Below are positions 10,101-19,804 of a stretch of DNA of 64,000 nucleotides, one piece after another. A model generated the notes under the pieces. It was not told the origin of the DNA and did not search any database. It worked only from the letters and a program-made list of their open reading frames with translations. A program made the translations under genes and the position numbers. The stretch comes from a virus. The stretch spans positions 8,743 to 72,742 of IMG/VR virus record IMGVR_UViG_3300042557_001775, one strand, 5' to 3'. Position 1 is the stretch's first letter. Every line of letters starts with the position of its first letter.

Positions 10101-13100
10101 GCTCTTGTTCCGTCATCGAGTCCGGGTCTCGCTTGATCGTCACTTCTGGTGCGGGCGCACGCTTTTGCATCCGCTTTTCAACGGCGGCTTGGTTTTTCTC
10201 GTTGAACAAATCCCAGTAAACCCCCGAGTCCATCTGCCCACCGCTCGGCGGCCGGAAGTCGTCACCCTTCGTCTCCCCGTCGATAACGACGGGTTCCGCA
10301 CGACCGGTCTTTTGGGCCCAAGCAACGAATTCACTACGGCTCATGGCTTGAACCGCTTTATCGATCTCTGGGTCTGTTTTGCGCGTAGGTTTTGGCGCCG
10401 GTGTTCCCTTGGGCTCTGGGACGACTTTAAGTCGAGGCGACTCTCCCGTTGTGTCTGCGTCTGTTATGTCTGTATCGCTAACCTCGGGGGCAGCTTCTGG
10501 ATCGGGGTCGGGGGCAGGTGCTTTTTTCTTTTTCTTCGGCGGCTCTTTTGGCGGCTCTGGGTCCGGCTCGGGTTTTGGCTCAACAGGCGTCGGCGGCTCA
10601 GGTTTGGGCTCGATAGCCGGTTCAGCCGGTTGCCGCGCTTTGGCGGCGGCCAACTCCGAATAAAGCAGATTCAGTTCAGCTTCGATGTCGGCCATCGGAG
10701 TGAATGTGTTTCTTCCCAGCTTCTGGGCCGCTTCTCTGACACGAGGGTCTTCGGGCTTATTCGTATTCCGCCGCCGCTGTGTTTTGAAGGCGTGTAGTTC
10801 ATCAAGTCCCTCTAGGATTCCTTCCAGCGCGCGGAGATCCGACTCTTTCTTTGATATATCCTGTTGGATTTCATCGACCGACCTACCCGCTTCGGCGGCT
10901 TCGGCTTCGGCTGCTTGCTCCAGAAGAATTACTTCTGTACCCCGGGGCAAAACGTTGGTTCCGGCTACCCCGCTGGTCGGGGCGAAGCCCTGGCGATAGC
11001 GGAGCACTCGGCCGCTGGGGAGCCTGATTTCTCTTCGAGCTTCGGCTTGAGCTTGTTGAGCTTGTTGGCGACGGGTTTCACGGACAGCCGGCCATTCGGC
11101 GGCTAAGCGATTGCGGTCTTCGGAAGTGCCCGCTAAGTCCTGCGCTTCGAGCTGCTCCTCGATGTATTGCGCCTGGGCCACCGCTGCTTCCATTTCGTCG
11201 ATCATGCGACTGCGGATCAACTCTGGGGCTGCGTCGCCTTCCACGCTGGAGAAGTTCAGGCGCCATGAATCACTGAAGCCTTCAGCAAGAGGCGAGGAGC
11301 TATCGACTTGAACCCCGGTGATGAGGGCCACGATGGAGTTCCAGACATCTTTGAGCGCCGCGACGAAGTCTCCTTTGAACGTCCCCTTCCCGAATCCCAG
11401 AGTGGCAAGCTGCTTGGCGACCTCTGGATTGTGGGTCACCTCTACCACGAATTCTTCGAGGCTGGTCAGCGAGATGAGCGCCTGGTTGGATTCGGAGGCG
11501 GCGATTTCCTGAAGCTGATCGGAGATAATTTTGACTTCCGCGTCGGTCGGTTTTGCCGGGACGTCGAGGCCCCGGGAGCGGCCAGCCGCGATGATCGACT
11601 GCCGCCGGAATCCTTCCAGTCGCTGAATGGCGGCGCGCTCGGCGGAGTTCAGTTCAACAAAGCCGTTGAGCTTGGAATTGACGACAACGTGGGAAAGCTC
11701 GTGGAGAAGCGTGTCGATTGCGCCGCCCTCGCGGTTGTCGTGGATCGCGTTGGTGTTGAGATAAATCGAGTAGGCGCCGTCGCTTTCAGCGGCGCGGCCA
11801 GACCAAGTGACGGCATTCGACTTGATGATGTCGTCTTCGACTTCGCTTCGAGCTGCGTCGATCTGGGCGTCCGCTTTGTCCGGGTCGGCGTCAAGCGTGA
11901 TCTCCTTTTTCTTGCTTCCCAGAGTGAGGGTGATCTTGCCGTCTTTGACTTTGACCCGGCGGTCAATCTCTTCCTCGGTGAGCGGCTGGCTGTTGAAGTT
12001 GCGGCCAAAGCCTGCGATCTGGAGGGAGACGTTATCGTTCCACCCCAAACGCGGCCCCAGTTTAACAAATGCGGCGGCGATACTGCGGGCCTTGAGGCTC
12101 TGGCTTTGGTCGTTGGCGACAGTCTTGAGGAAGGTCTCGATGTCTTTGAACGCGCCCGATTGAATGAGCTTCCGGATGTTTTCGCGTTTGATTTTTAGCT
12201 TGGCGGCGTTGGATCCTCGGCGGCGAGCCGCTTGTGTCGCAGCCATGCCGGCGAGAAGCTCCGTGGCGCTTTTGGTCAGCAGCAGGTCCGCGAACGGCTG
12301 CGACGTCTGACCTATCACATTGCCGCCCGCCGCCAGCGTCGATTCCGTGGCGCGGCCTTCGGTCTCGATCGCCGTGACGATGCGGTTGATTTGCTCGTCG
12401 GTATAACCTTCGAGGTCTTTGCTGGTTAGGCCAGACCAGGAGGCGACGTAGGCTCGGGCTGCTCTGGGAGCGACTGTTCGGACGGTGCGGTTGAGAAGAC
12501 GAGTTCGTGGGCGAGATCCTCGAATCGGTTGAGCGGCGCCACTTGAAACGCTTCCGGATCGGTCAGCATCAGGTCCGCTAGGGCTCCGTAATCCCCTTTC
12601 GCCAGCCGGATCAGGATCGGGCCCCCCAAGCGATTGGCTAACTCGCGGTGCTCCTCCTGCGACAGCACCATCGCCAGCAGCCGACAAGCCACGTCCGGAA
12701 ATGCGGCCTGCATTTCCGCCACGCTTGGCCCATTCGAGGATTTCTCGGTTTTCTTTTTGTTGGAGGAGTCGCTCGGCTGTTGCACTGGGCTTCCAGTCAG
12801 CGGCTTTCTTTCCGATGAGGTTGTTTTCTGGTATTCCATAGAGTGTATTGTAGCTGACGTCGCCTTGGATGTAGCGGATAATTTCTTGCAGTCGTGGGTC
12901 TAAGTTAGAGAAGTCAACGCGCCCCGTCGCGGTTACGAGTTCTTCGAGGCGAGCAATTTTGCCCGGGTCTTTGTACCAATAGCGATCCTGGGACGGGTCC
13001 CATTCCAGCCCGAAAGTTCCAAGAAAAAGCTTTTGATCTTCAGTGCTGAGTTTGCTCATCAGCTTTTTGTCTTCGCCGACGAGCCTTAACAGTTCAGGAC

Positions 13101-16100
13101 CCACGCTTCCGCCCGGTGTATTTTCTTCTTCAGGCGCGTCGTCAGTGAGTTCGGTCACGTTCGCGACGTTTCCGACTTCCAGCTCTTCTTTTTGCGGCGC
13201 GATTAGGGTTTCCGGCACAAAGCGTTCGTCGAGGGAAACAGTCGAAGGGGCTTCCTTCCGCATCCTCCGGATCGACTTGGTGGCCGCGTTAACGGCGGCT
13301 TGGGCTACTTTGAACGGGGGAGCCTTGCTGCTCGTGATCCGGGAGACCTTGATAAGGTCGTCCACAAAACGATCAACTTCGGGAGAGCTGTCCGCGCTAA
13401 CCACAGTCTTTTTGATCGCGTCATAATCTTTTTTCCCGAGACGTTCCTCCGTTCCGGCTTTGGCAACTTGGCGCCGCTTTCCTTTTGGAGAAATTACTTT
13501 TTCAAGGCTGTCGAGCGTTTCGTTGAAAACCTTTACGGCGTAGGTCTTGTCGGGGTTGTCTCGAAAACGGGCGGCAATCTTATCACGCAGGACAGCAAGA
13601 TCGTTAAAGTCAGGCGCGTTTAGTCTTACTCCCAGATCGAGAGCGGCTTTTCGGACTTTGAGTTCAAGGTCTTCTGTAGGTTTGGGTTTTTTGACTGCGC
13701 GGGCAGCCGCCAAGGCCGCCGCAAAGCGACGAGCAATTTCGACCTGCGTCGCTACTGGAAGAGTGGACGTCCGACCAGAGGCCGCCGCAACGAATTGCTC
13801 CATGGTAGACGTCGCAGCCTTTTTCAGAGCCAGGGTGCGGAGGTCATCGGATTCGACATTGGTGAGCGGACTGCCACCTCCGACTGTAATGCCCGTTGTT
13901 CGTCCCAGAAATGGTTCGAGGCCTTCGAGGAGCTGACGGTAAAGGATGCTGAACGCTTCGGGCAGCGCGGCCATTCGTCGATTAAGCTGCTGCGCTTCGC
14001 GAAGATCTACCGCGCTGCTCGACAAACGAGTTTTCTCGGCCTCAAATCCACGCGCTGGGTCTTGCTGGTAAATCTTGGTGAAGCTTCCAACGCCACTAAG
14101 CTTTTTGAAGCTCAGGGGCCTGTACGCAGACGACTCCCGGTTCGCTTCAAGCCGCTTCTTGTCGTAAGCGTTGGGGAGCATCTCAAGGCGAGCGGACAGA
14201 TCGACCACGGCTTTCTCGGCGGCCCGCAAGGCGTTCTGTTCGTTCGGTGCTTCGACGAGTCCGAGACGCTGCTCCCGGAGCGTGTTGAGCCGTCCTTCGA
14301 TGGTCGCTCGTTCTTCTGCGAGTTTTCCGGCAGACTGATTGACGCGCTTTGTCCGCCCAGCGATCGCTCTTTTGATACGCTCAGCGTCGCTCCTAATCTG
14401 GGTTAGCTCGTCAGTTCTTGATTTTCGCTCTGCTTTGAGTGATGCGAGCCGTGTTTCTGCTTCGCGCAATTGAGCTTCGTAGTTAAGGCCTCCGAGCCCT
14501 TCGCGAACGAGTTGAGACGCGGCGAAGCGGCCTGTCGGCTGTTTTTTGACGGCTTCGCGCAGCTCGCGAATTTCCTTTTCGGCGTTGGTAATCGCGTTAG
14601 ACGAAAGTTCACCGAAGAGTTTTCCGCCTTTGCCTTCGGGCGCGTTCAGTTCTTGCCGCCGCGCTGCAAGGGCCGTCAAACGTTCGTTAAGTGTTTCTAG
14701 GGTGCTTTCTCCGTCGATGCGCGTCTCAAGCGCGGATAATTGCAGGGCTCTCGACTGGACATTCTTACGGGCTTCGGCCGCCCGACTGCTAACGGCGGCC
14801 TGCTCCTGCCGTAGTTCGGCTTCACGATTCGGTGTCGCGTTTTGCAACGCGGCTTCTATCTGTTCGAGCTGCGCCTTTGCATCAGCAAGGGTTTGCCGAT
14901 CTTTGTCTTGGGCCTTCCGAAGCGCGTTGAGCTGGCTGGTTAAGCCTCGCGTATTTCCAGCTTTTTCGGGAGCGCGTGCCGCCGATCCGATTTCAGCCAA
15001 CGCCATTTCGGCATCTCTAATCTCGGCGTCCAGACGATCACGCTCCGCGAGGGCGGCGTTGTTACCCCGCAGTAAGGCGTCAAAAGTTTTACGCGCTTTA
15101 TCGCGGTTTTGGATCGCCCCCGTGAGCGCAGTTTGAGTTTGTTGGATTTCTGCGTCTTCTTCGGCGTCGAGGCGGGCAAGCGCTTCTCGGTCTTGCTCTC
15201 CAGTCGTCCGTTGCTGGTCTCGGCCGGCTTTATTTTTCGGCGGAGATACGTTGGTGAGGGTGAAACTAAGCGGATTCTGCGCGAGAACAGGCGTCCCTTC
15301 TGGGACGAAGCGGCCAGTTTCGTCACGCACACCAGCTCCAGTTTTGACCGGTGCGTCATACGAGCCTTGGCTGACTTCGACGGGTGAGGATTTCCCGTCA
15401 ACGCCGCGCCAAGTGACGGACACCACTGTAGGAGCAATTCTTCCGCGAAACAGCCGGCGCTCGATTTTGACGTCCGGATCGCCTTGCAGCAGAGATACCA
15501 ATTCTGGGGTTGCGGGCACCACGTCACCAGCGTTCAGATGCCGTGCGATGTCGGTTATGGCGCGGCGCTTCGCCACGTTTCGGTTGTTAGTTGCGAGATT
15601 AAACTGCGTGAGAGCTTCGTTGTAAGCGCCGAGCTGCGCTGAATTAGCTTCGTCTTCCCTAGCGCGGACAACTTCGTCGGTGCGTTGCCGGGCGATGGTT
15701 GCGGCGTCGCGGAGCTTTTGGTCTCTCCGTTCTTTAGTCTCGGGCACCGCTTCCAATTCACCGGCTTCGTTGGTGAAGAAGCCTCCGGCAAACACTTTGG
15801 CTTGTTCCTCCTCAAAGAGTCTTTCGTAAATCGCGGTGCGTTCTTCGTTCGTCAGGGATTGCCGCTGCGGTTTTGTGGGGCGAACCGGAGCATTACCTTT
15901 CGGCGTCTGGATAACTGGCGTTAAACGAGCGACAATCGGGCGGCCATTATTCCATGCGGGGCCGGCCGGCTCGGAAGACAGATCGCTCGCTGGCGCGGGT
16001 TGAGGCCCGAATGGAGTTCGCATCTCGGCTAGGAGCGACGTCAGTTCGAGAGCCCGGGCGGACAAGGCTTCTCGCTGCGCTTGACCCGCTTTGCCGATGC

Positions 16101-18735
16101 CCAACTGGATCTTTGGCGTTGCGGCGAATACTCCGCGATCACTGTCTGCGAGCTTCTGCCGGACTTCGTTTAGCTCTTTTGTGTATTGCTCGCGCAGAGC
16201 TTTTCTTTCCGGAGTCTCATCTACTGCGGCCTGCTGCGGGTCCCGGGCGGCCCCTACGCCTGAAGCTTTGCTCGGCGCAGCGTCGCCCGAAACGTAATCT
16301 ATTTTGTAGTTTCGGGGCTCGTCTCTTGTGCCGTCGGAAATGGAAACTGTGGTGGGGAGTCGAACGATTGAGTTCTTCAGCGCGGCGAGCTTTTGTTTTG
16401 CTTCGACGAGCGCGGTGGAAGCGGGGTCGAGTGTTTGCGAAAGTTCAGCAACCTCTTGCTCCGCTGCCGCGATTTCTGCGGCGTTGCCACTGGCTCCAGA
16501 CGGCACGAAAGCATCTCCGTCTTGAGTTCCGGCGATCCCGAGCACCTCATTCAATTCTTCGGGAGTCTTCGCCGCGTTGATCGCCGCATTAAATTCGTCT
16601 TCTTGGGTGCGAAGATCTTCGAGAGGCCGGTTCGCTATGAGGTCGAACTGACTCGGCTTAAGCTCAAACCGATTGTTAGTGACGTCGTCTTGAAAAATGG
16701 CATTGCCGCTTTTGCGAAGGCCCACAAATCGAGCATTCCGAGTTCCTCCTCGGCCATCAGCGATGCTTACTTCGGCGCCCGAGTTCAAAGTTCCTACTCG
16801 ATCGGTGAGGACGCTGCCTTCCAACGCTTTGCGATTTTCGGCTTCTTGAGCTTCGCGTGCGCCCCGGGAGTTCGCCAGCTCACTGACGAACGTGGCCGCC
16901 CCCATGGCTTGGCGAGCGGCGGTCGTCGGCGCACGACTCAACCGCTCACGAAGCGCGGCAACTGCCGTCGCTTTTTGTTCAGCTTCTTTGGCGCTTAAGG
17001 TTTGATCGGTAAGCTCCTTTTCAAGGCGGGCGATCTCGGCTTCTGCCTCCTGCTTCTTGAGCGTCGCGTCGGCCTCGGAAAAATCAAACTGCCCCGAACC
17101 AAGAAGCACGAAGCCTGAAGCCCCTGGCATGTATGCGGGATCGGCCTCATGCGTTTCCTTGATGGGTTTTTGCCGAGGGGCGAGTTCCGGCTCGGCTTCT
17201 CCTTCGACCCCCGCTTCGCGCTGCGATTTGAAATACTCCAGCTCCTTGGCTAGGGCGGCACCTTCTATGGTTCCCAGATCCAAGGGCGCTACGCGGACGC
17301 CGCCGAGATCAACCGCTGCGCCGACACGCCCGTCATACTCCGTCTCTGGATCGATGGCCGCCCATCCGGCGCTCTCGTTGAAGCGGAACTTGAGGCCGTC
17401 CCTTTCGATCGGCTCCGACCACGCTCCCAGAATGTCCTGCGGGGTTTCGGGGGCGGCAGGAGTTTCTTGGTCTTGGTCGTCCCCACCGATTCCGTCTATC
17501 GCTTGCTTGGTGCGAGGTGCGAGGTTTTCCAACACGCCGCCACCGCCGCCAAGCATACCGCCGATTGTGGCGCCAGCCGCTGCCGCGATCATACGCTCCC
17601 TCCCCGCCCCAGGAGCGTTGAGCCGCTCTTCGATAGTCTGGTTCGGGTCGGCCATGCCAACGGCGGCTTGTTCGAGGCCGGTCTGGAGATACTCGGTCGC
17701 GCCCTCCAGCGGCGCACCGATGGCCGCCCCTCTGGCCGCTCCAGCGGCAACGCGCCCGGGGAACTTCAAATTCAGCGGCTTGCTTTCGACGCCAAACATC
17801 TTGTTGACGCCCGGAATCTTCGAAGCCACGAATCCCTCAAACAAAGTATCCAGCGCGGCGCCGGGGACCGATGTGGCGAGAGCCGCCGTGACTGCTTCGC
17901 TGCCACCCTCCCCGGTCTCATCCCGGATCTGGCCGTAAGTCCCGCCGGAAATCTGTCCCAAATTGGCGAGGTACGCGCCGGTCATGGCGCCGTAGCGGGT
18001 TCCGCTGGAAACGGCCCCCTGAACTCCCCGCGCAGCATCATCGACAGTCCCCGCAAGTCCACGGGCGGTTCCTTCGGCGGCCTTGGCCCCCACCGATCGG
18101 GTCAGGAGGCCCCGGGTAATCTCTTCGGCGACTTTGCGCTCGGCTTCGTCGGCCACTTCTCCGGCGGCCCGACGCTTGGCGATCTGGTTGATGACCATCC
18201 GCTTGGCGAGCGATTTACCGACCGCGCCGCCGACGCCGCCTCCCAGAATCGAGGTCAAAAGCTGGGGGAGCTGTTCGCCGAGGAGGCCGACGGCATAGCG
18301 GCCGGCATCGCCCAAGTCTTCGATATCTTCAAAAGGATCCTGCACCGAAGCGGCCTGCGTGGCCGCCTCTTCCATGGCCCGACGATAATTGTCGTAGCCC
18401 CAATCGGCGGCCCGCTCGATACCAAGTCCGTCGGCGGCCAGCCCCAAGAAGCCGTAAGCCAGTCCTTCGAGCTGGTCCCCGCCCCGGCTCAATCCGACAG
18501 AGAACTCTTCTCCCAGAGTACGGGGGACGGCTTCGAATCTGGTTCCGACGTTTAACCCTCGGGAGCTGTCGGCCAACGAAGGCAAAAGACTCTTGGCCGA
18601 CTCCTGCTCCTGCTCGGGCGCAGATTCTTGGGGTATCGCCAGCTCGGCAGGTTCATCTAAAGACACCCGCCGCTGGTTTAACCCTTGAACCTTTTCTTCG
18701 TCTTCTTGCTCCAGAAGATAGTCGTACCAAGCCAT
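7099..18735 (-). CDS. giant internal virion/ejection polyvalent protein (3878 aa) with zincin HExxH domain
   Basis: 11.6-kb ORF at the end of the virion module; Gly/Ala-rich N-terminus, coiled coils, TLLHELSH..EEFVVE, PK/PE-rich linker, helical C-terminus with hydrophobic segments. Confidence 0.85.
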   Translation of the reverse strand: MAWYDYLLEQEDEEKVQGLNQRRVSLDEPAELAIPQESAPEQEQESAKSLLPSLADSSRGLNVGTRFEAVPRTLGEEFSVGLSRGGDQLEGLAYGFLGLAADGLGIERAADWGYDNYRRAMEEAATQAASVQDPFEDIEDLGDAGRYAVGLLGEQLPQLLTSILGGGVGGAVGKSLAKRMVINQIAKRRAAGEVADEAERKVAEEITRGLLTRSVGAKAAEGTARGLAGTVDDAARGVQGAVSSGTRYGAMTGAYLANLGQISGGTYGQIRDETGEGGSEAVTAALATSVPGAALDTLFEGFVASKIPGVNKMFGVESKPLNLKFPGRVAAGAARGAAIGAPLEGATEYLQTGLEQAAVGMADPNQTIEERLNAPGAGRERMIAAAAGATIGGMLGGGGGVLENLAPRTKQAIDGIGGDDQDQETPAAPETPQDILGAWSEPIERDGLKFRFNESAGWAAIDPETEYDGRVGAAVDLGGVRVAPLDLGTIEGAALAKELEYFKSQREAGVEGEAEPELAPRQKPIKETHEADPAYMPGASGFVLLGSGQFDFSEADATLKKQEAEAEIARLEKELTDQTLSAKEAEQKATAVAALRERLSRAPTTAARQAMGAATFVSELANSRGAREAQEAENRKALEGSVLTDRVGTLNSGAEVSIADGRGGTRNARFVGLRKSGNAIFQDDVTNNRFELKPSQFDLIANRPLEDLRTQEDEFNAAINAAKTPEELNEVLGIAGTQDGDAFVPSGASGNAAEIAAAEQEVAELSQTLDPASTALVEAKQKLAALKNSIVRLPTTVSISDGTRDEPRNYKIDYVSGDAAPSKASGVGAARDPQQAAVDETPERKALREQYTKELNEVRQKLADSDRGVFAATPKIQLGIGKAGQAQREALSARALELTSLLAEMRTPFGPQPAPASDLSSEPAGPAWNNGRPIVARLTPVIQTPKGNAPVRPTKPQRQSLTNEERTAIYERLFEEEQAKVFAGGFFTNEAGELEAVPETKERRDQKLRDAATIARQRTDEVVRAREDEANSAQLGAYNEALTQFNLATNNRNVAKRRAITDIARHLNAGDVVPATPELVSLLQGDPDVKIERRLFRGRIAPTVVSVTWRGVDGKSSPVEVSQGSYDAPVKTGAGVRDETGRFVPEGTPVLAQNPLSFTLTNVSPPKNKAGRDQQRTTGEQDREALARLDAEEDAEIQQTQTALTGAIQNRDKARKTFDALLRGNNAALAERDRLDAEIRDAEMALAEIGSAARAPEKAGNTRGLTSQLNALRKAQDKDRQTLADAKAQLEQIEAALQNATPNREAELRQEQAAVSSRAAEARKNVQSRALQLSALETRIDGESTLETLNERLTALAARRQELNAPEGKGGKLFGELSSNAITNAEKEIRELREAVKKQPTGRFAASQLVREGLGGLNYEAQLREAETRLASLKAERKSRTDELTQIRSDAERIKRAIAGRTKRVNQSAGKLAEERATIEGRLNTLREQRLGLVEAPNEQNALRAAEKAVVDLSARLEMLPNAYDKKRLEANRESSAYRPLSFKKLSGVGSFTKIYQQDPARGFEAEKTRLSSSAVDLREAQQLNRRMAALPEAFSILYRQLLEGLEPFLGRTTGITVGGGSPLTNVESDDLRTLALKKAATSTMEQFVAAASGRTSTLPVATQVEIARRFAAALAAARAVKKPKPTEDLELKVRKAALDLGVRLNAPDFNDLAVLRDKIAARFRDNPDKTYAVKVFNETLDSLEKVISPKGKRRQVAKAGTEERLGKKDYDAIKKTVVSADSSPEVDRFVDDLIKVSRITSSKAPPFKVAQAAVNAATKSIRRMRKEAPSTVSLDERFVPETLIAPQKEELEVGNVANVTELTDDAPEEENTPGGSVGPELLRLVGEDKKLMSKLSTEDQKLFLGTFGLEWDPSQDRYWYKDPGKIARLEELVTATGRVDFSNLDPRLQEIIRYIQGDVSYNTLYGIPENNLIGKKAADWKPSATAERLLQQKENREILEWAKRGGNAGRISGRGLSAAGDGAVAGGAPRVSQSLGGPDPDPAGERGLRSPSGPDADRSGSVSSGAAQPIRGSRPRTRLLNRTVRTVAPRAARAYVASWSGLTSKDLEGYTDEQINRIVTAIETEGRATESTLAAGGNVIGQTSQPFADLLLTKSATELLAGMAATQAARRRGSNAAKLKIKRENIRKLIQSGAFKDIETFLKTVANDQSQSLKARSIAAAFVKLGPRLGWNDNVSLQIAGFGRNFNSQPLTEEEIDRRVKVKDGKITLTLGSKKKEITLDADPDKADAQIDAARSEVEDDIIKSNAVTWSGRAAESDGAYSIYLNTNAIHDNREGGAIDTLLHELSHVVVNSKLNGFVELNSAERAAIQRLEGFRRQSIIAAGRSRGLDVPAKPTDAEVKIISDQLQEIAASESNQALISLTSLEEFVVEVTHNPEVAKQLATLGFGKGTFKGDFVAALKDVWNSIVALITGVQVDSSSPLAEGFSDSWRLNFSSVEGDAAPELIRSRMIDEMEAAVAQAQYIEEQLEAQDLAGTSEDRNRLAAEWPAVRETRRQQAQQAQAEARREIRLPSGRVLRYRQGFAPTSGVAGTNVLPRGTEVILLEQAAEAEAAEAGRSVDEIQQDISKKESDLRALEGILEGLDELHAFKTQRRRNTNKPEDPRVREAAQKLGRNTFTPMADIEAELNLLYSELAAAKARQPAEPAIEPKPEPPTPVEPKPEPDPEPPKEPPKKKKKAPAPDPDPEAAPEVSDTDITDADTTGESPRLKVVPEPKGTPAPKPTRKTDPEIDKAVQAMSRSEFVAWAQKTGRAEPVVIDGETKGDDFRPPSGGQMDSGVYWDLFNEKNQAAVEKRMQKRAPAPEVTIKRDPDSMTEQELNEIPNIRYSDSLGGKFERVFRDEVSKTPTGGTYVKGKFISAVDRLMDARGTDKFQSSRAGIKAEASRADANIRLLVRAVRDRNIDPRKITTALGNLDNPFTEAQMAEMMRVRLTDPEAAAELKDRYRRENRMKFRERQTAALKSLPRDVRVLVTQMRDHINVLQRRLKSEGLVSGDLEIAIDETLGIYLNRSYAIFDNPKWADRVRKNLKVMAGARGFLKKQLIEKAKERILNTATKTGTTISEAEAQRQATRSVAAADVETALEAALSVKDPTLEALSGRVMGQKNLSIFMSRGTIAPEIQALWGVYDNPETAYGKTILKMSTLIYNHRFLRELRELGLSEGWFSAQPEMRQDEDTGEFVVRGANFEEILRTADRAAAETAFRDAFADWEAPTGFVKISDETNARLSPLAGVWGNRDIVEALYKMYPQSDAENAARLFAKATGLSMAMATVGSAAAQTRNYLAGYLKLLSTGALMPGSFSGKAIGLAHQTAIQEAFKNYGSGPKAYEKARQEIEKLIRLRVFGESVTANMIDDLVQDYRELGGARVQAGDAVTRKITQPFRKLWDFAQGTYAMSDNIMRAIVFYTERENYRRAYPKMAEAELDEKAAEISREIYWTYSEAPQWVQELKRGPGLVVAPFITFTTEVVRTAINTLRLAASEIKSGNPELRSLGYRRIGGFGLAMTVPSVAAGGIAAMAGMTPEDEEDLREFLPDWQKNNQLLLFGRTGNTISYADISFFDGHEYFKKPFVAMMRAFGRAESMPEAIADGGVAMVGELMKPFVGEQIVFGAVTSVLRNVDAGGRRIYNPQDSGTNIAQAIGAHLAGAFVPGTAKTIYRGGLGVAGVVSDSGQQFSAAQEIGAIVTGTRIRQVDLDQALGFGASEFLRNKRDATSLFNRVLLSRGTQPPGAVAGSFDLTDQAQYRLTQEARRRYMAARRLGLPEPAAISRLRATGIGKDDLEDIASGIYRPFQPSKESLKNAAPERAREAEQAAGQAQERDL

Positions 18736-18758
18736 TGCTAAAAGTAGCGGTTGTTAGG

Positions 18759-19787
18759 TTATGATGCAACTGGCCGGGACTTCCAGTAATCCAGATAATC
18801 GTCAAACGTCGGCTCGGGCTTCGGGTCGGCGGTTACGAACTTGGGAATCGCGTTGATGGCTTGAATCCTGACTTCGCCGTTAGAGTCCATGAGTGCCCGG
18901 AGTCCGCGTTTTGCCTCCTTTGAGAACCCCTTAAAACGCTCTTCCTTGGGCTTGTTCCACTCTTGGCTAAGGTAGTCTTGAAACTGGGACGGCGCTTCAA
19001 ACCGTTGGCCGTATAGCACATAGGCGTCCCGTTGGATTTTACCTAACGCGTTCGCCATCTCTCGGGGGCGCCCAATGTGTCCATAACCGGATGTTGCGTC
19101 GGGACTGTTGTCAGTAAAATGGTGGCCGACTTCGTGTTCCAATGTTTCTCTGACGTCACTGCGGGGGTTGGCTGCCGCTGCTTCTAGGTCCGGCGGCTCC
19201 ATGTTATTCTTGTCTAAATATTGCGCGACGCTCTTTCCGAGCGGCTCTTGCGAATAGTTTTTGCTTTTAGCCGCAACAAATTCAGGACTGTTTAACCTAA
19301 TTCCAGTTTCGGGGTTGTAGTGCGCGGCCTTCTGCACTTTTTCTCCGGTCTCCACTTTTACAAATACGGGCGCGTCAATTTTGTCGTAGTCGATGGTATA
19401 CGCGTCTCCGTAGTATCGGCCTTTAGGGACATCCATCGCCCCTTGATTTTGATCTTCTGCCCACGCACGCGGGTTCCGGAATCCGGCGGGCTGCCTTTTC
19501 ATAAAGGGCAAAGCCGCTTCTGGATTCTCTTTGTCGAACGCTTTCGCCTTGGCAATTTCTGCGTCAAGGTTTTCGCCGTAGTACGGCGAAAGCACCTCGC
19601 GGCCAGTAACCATCGACGCGGCTCCGGCTTCGAGATTCGGCATCGGGCCGTATTTCTCAAGCAGCTCCGCGTCGGACAGGGTGGAGATCGGCTGCCCTTT
19701 GATCTCGCTCAAGTTCCGGACACCCGGCCCACTTCGCCCCGGGAGATACGGGTCAACGGCTTCCAGAATTTCGTCGTACCAAGCCAT
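18759..19787 (-). CDS. virion-associated zincin-like metallopeptidase
   Basis: AHYNP...I.LN, TLEHEVGH, downstream PREMAN. Confidence 0.65.
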   Translation of the reverse strand: MAWYDEILEAVDPYLPGRSGPGVRNLSEIKGQPISTLSDAELLEKYGPMPNLEAGAASMVTGREVLSPYYGENLDAEIAKAKAFDKENPEAALPFMKRQPAGFRNPRAWAEDQNQGAMDVPKGRYYGDAYTIDYDKIDAPVFVKVETGEKVQKAAHYNPETGIRLNSPEFVAAKSKNYSQEPLGKSVAQYLDKNNMEPPDLEAAAANPRSDVRETLEHEVGHHFTDNSPDATSGYGHIGRPREMANALGKIQRDAYVLYGQRFEAPSQFQDYLSQEWNKPKEERFKGFSKEAKRGLRALMDSNGEVRIQAINAIPKFVTADPKPEPTFDDYLDYWKSRPVAS

Positions 19788-19804
19788 GATGCAAGCACCA
19801 GAAA

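Noticed and set aside
10500-10630. GGCTC-rich low-complexity DNA repeat
   Set aside because: Explained by the Pro/Glu/Lys linker of the giant protein
7099-18735. Virion RNA polymerase as in N4 or crAss-like phages
   Set aside because: No convincing catalytic motif found by eye; not excluded without a profile search
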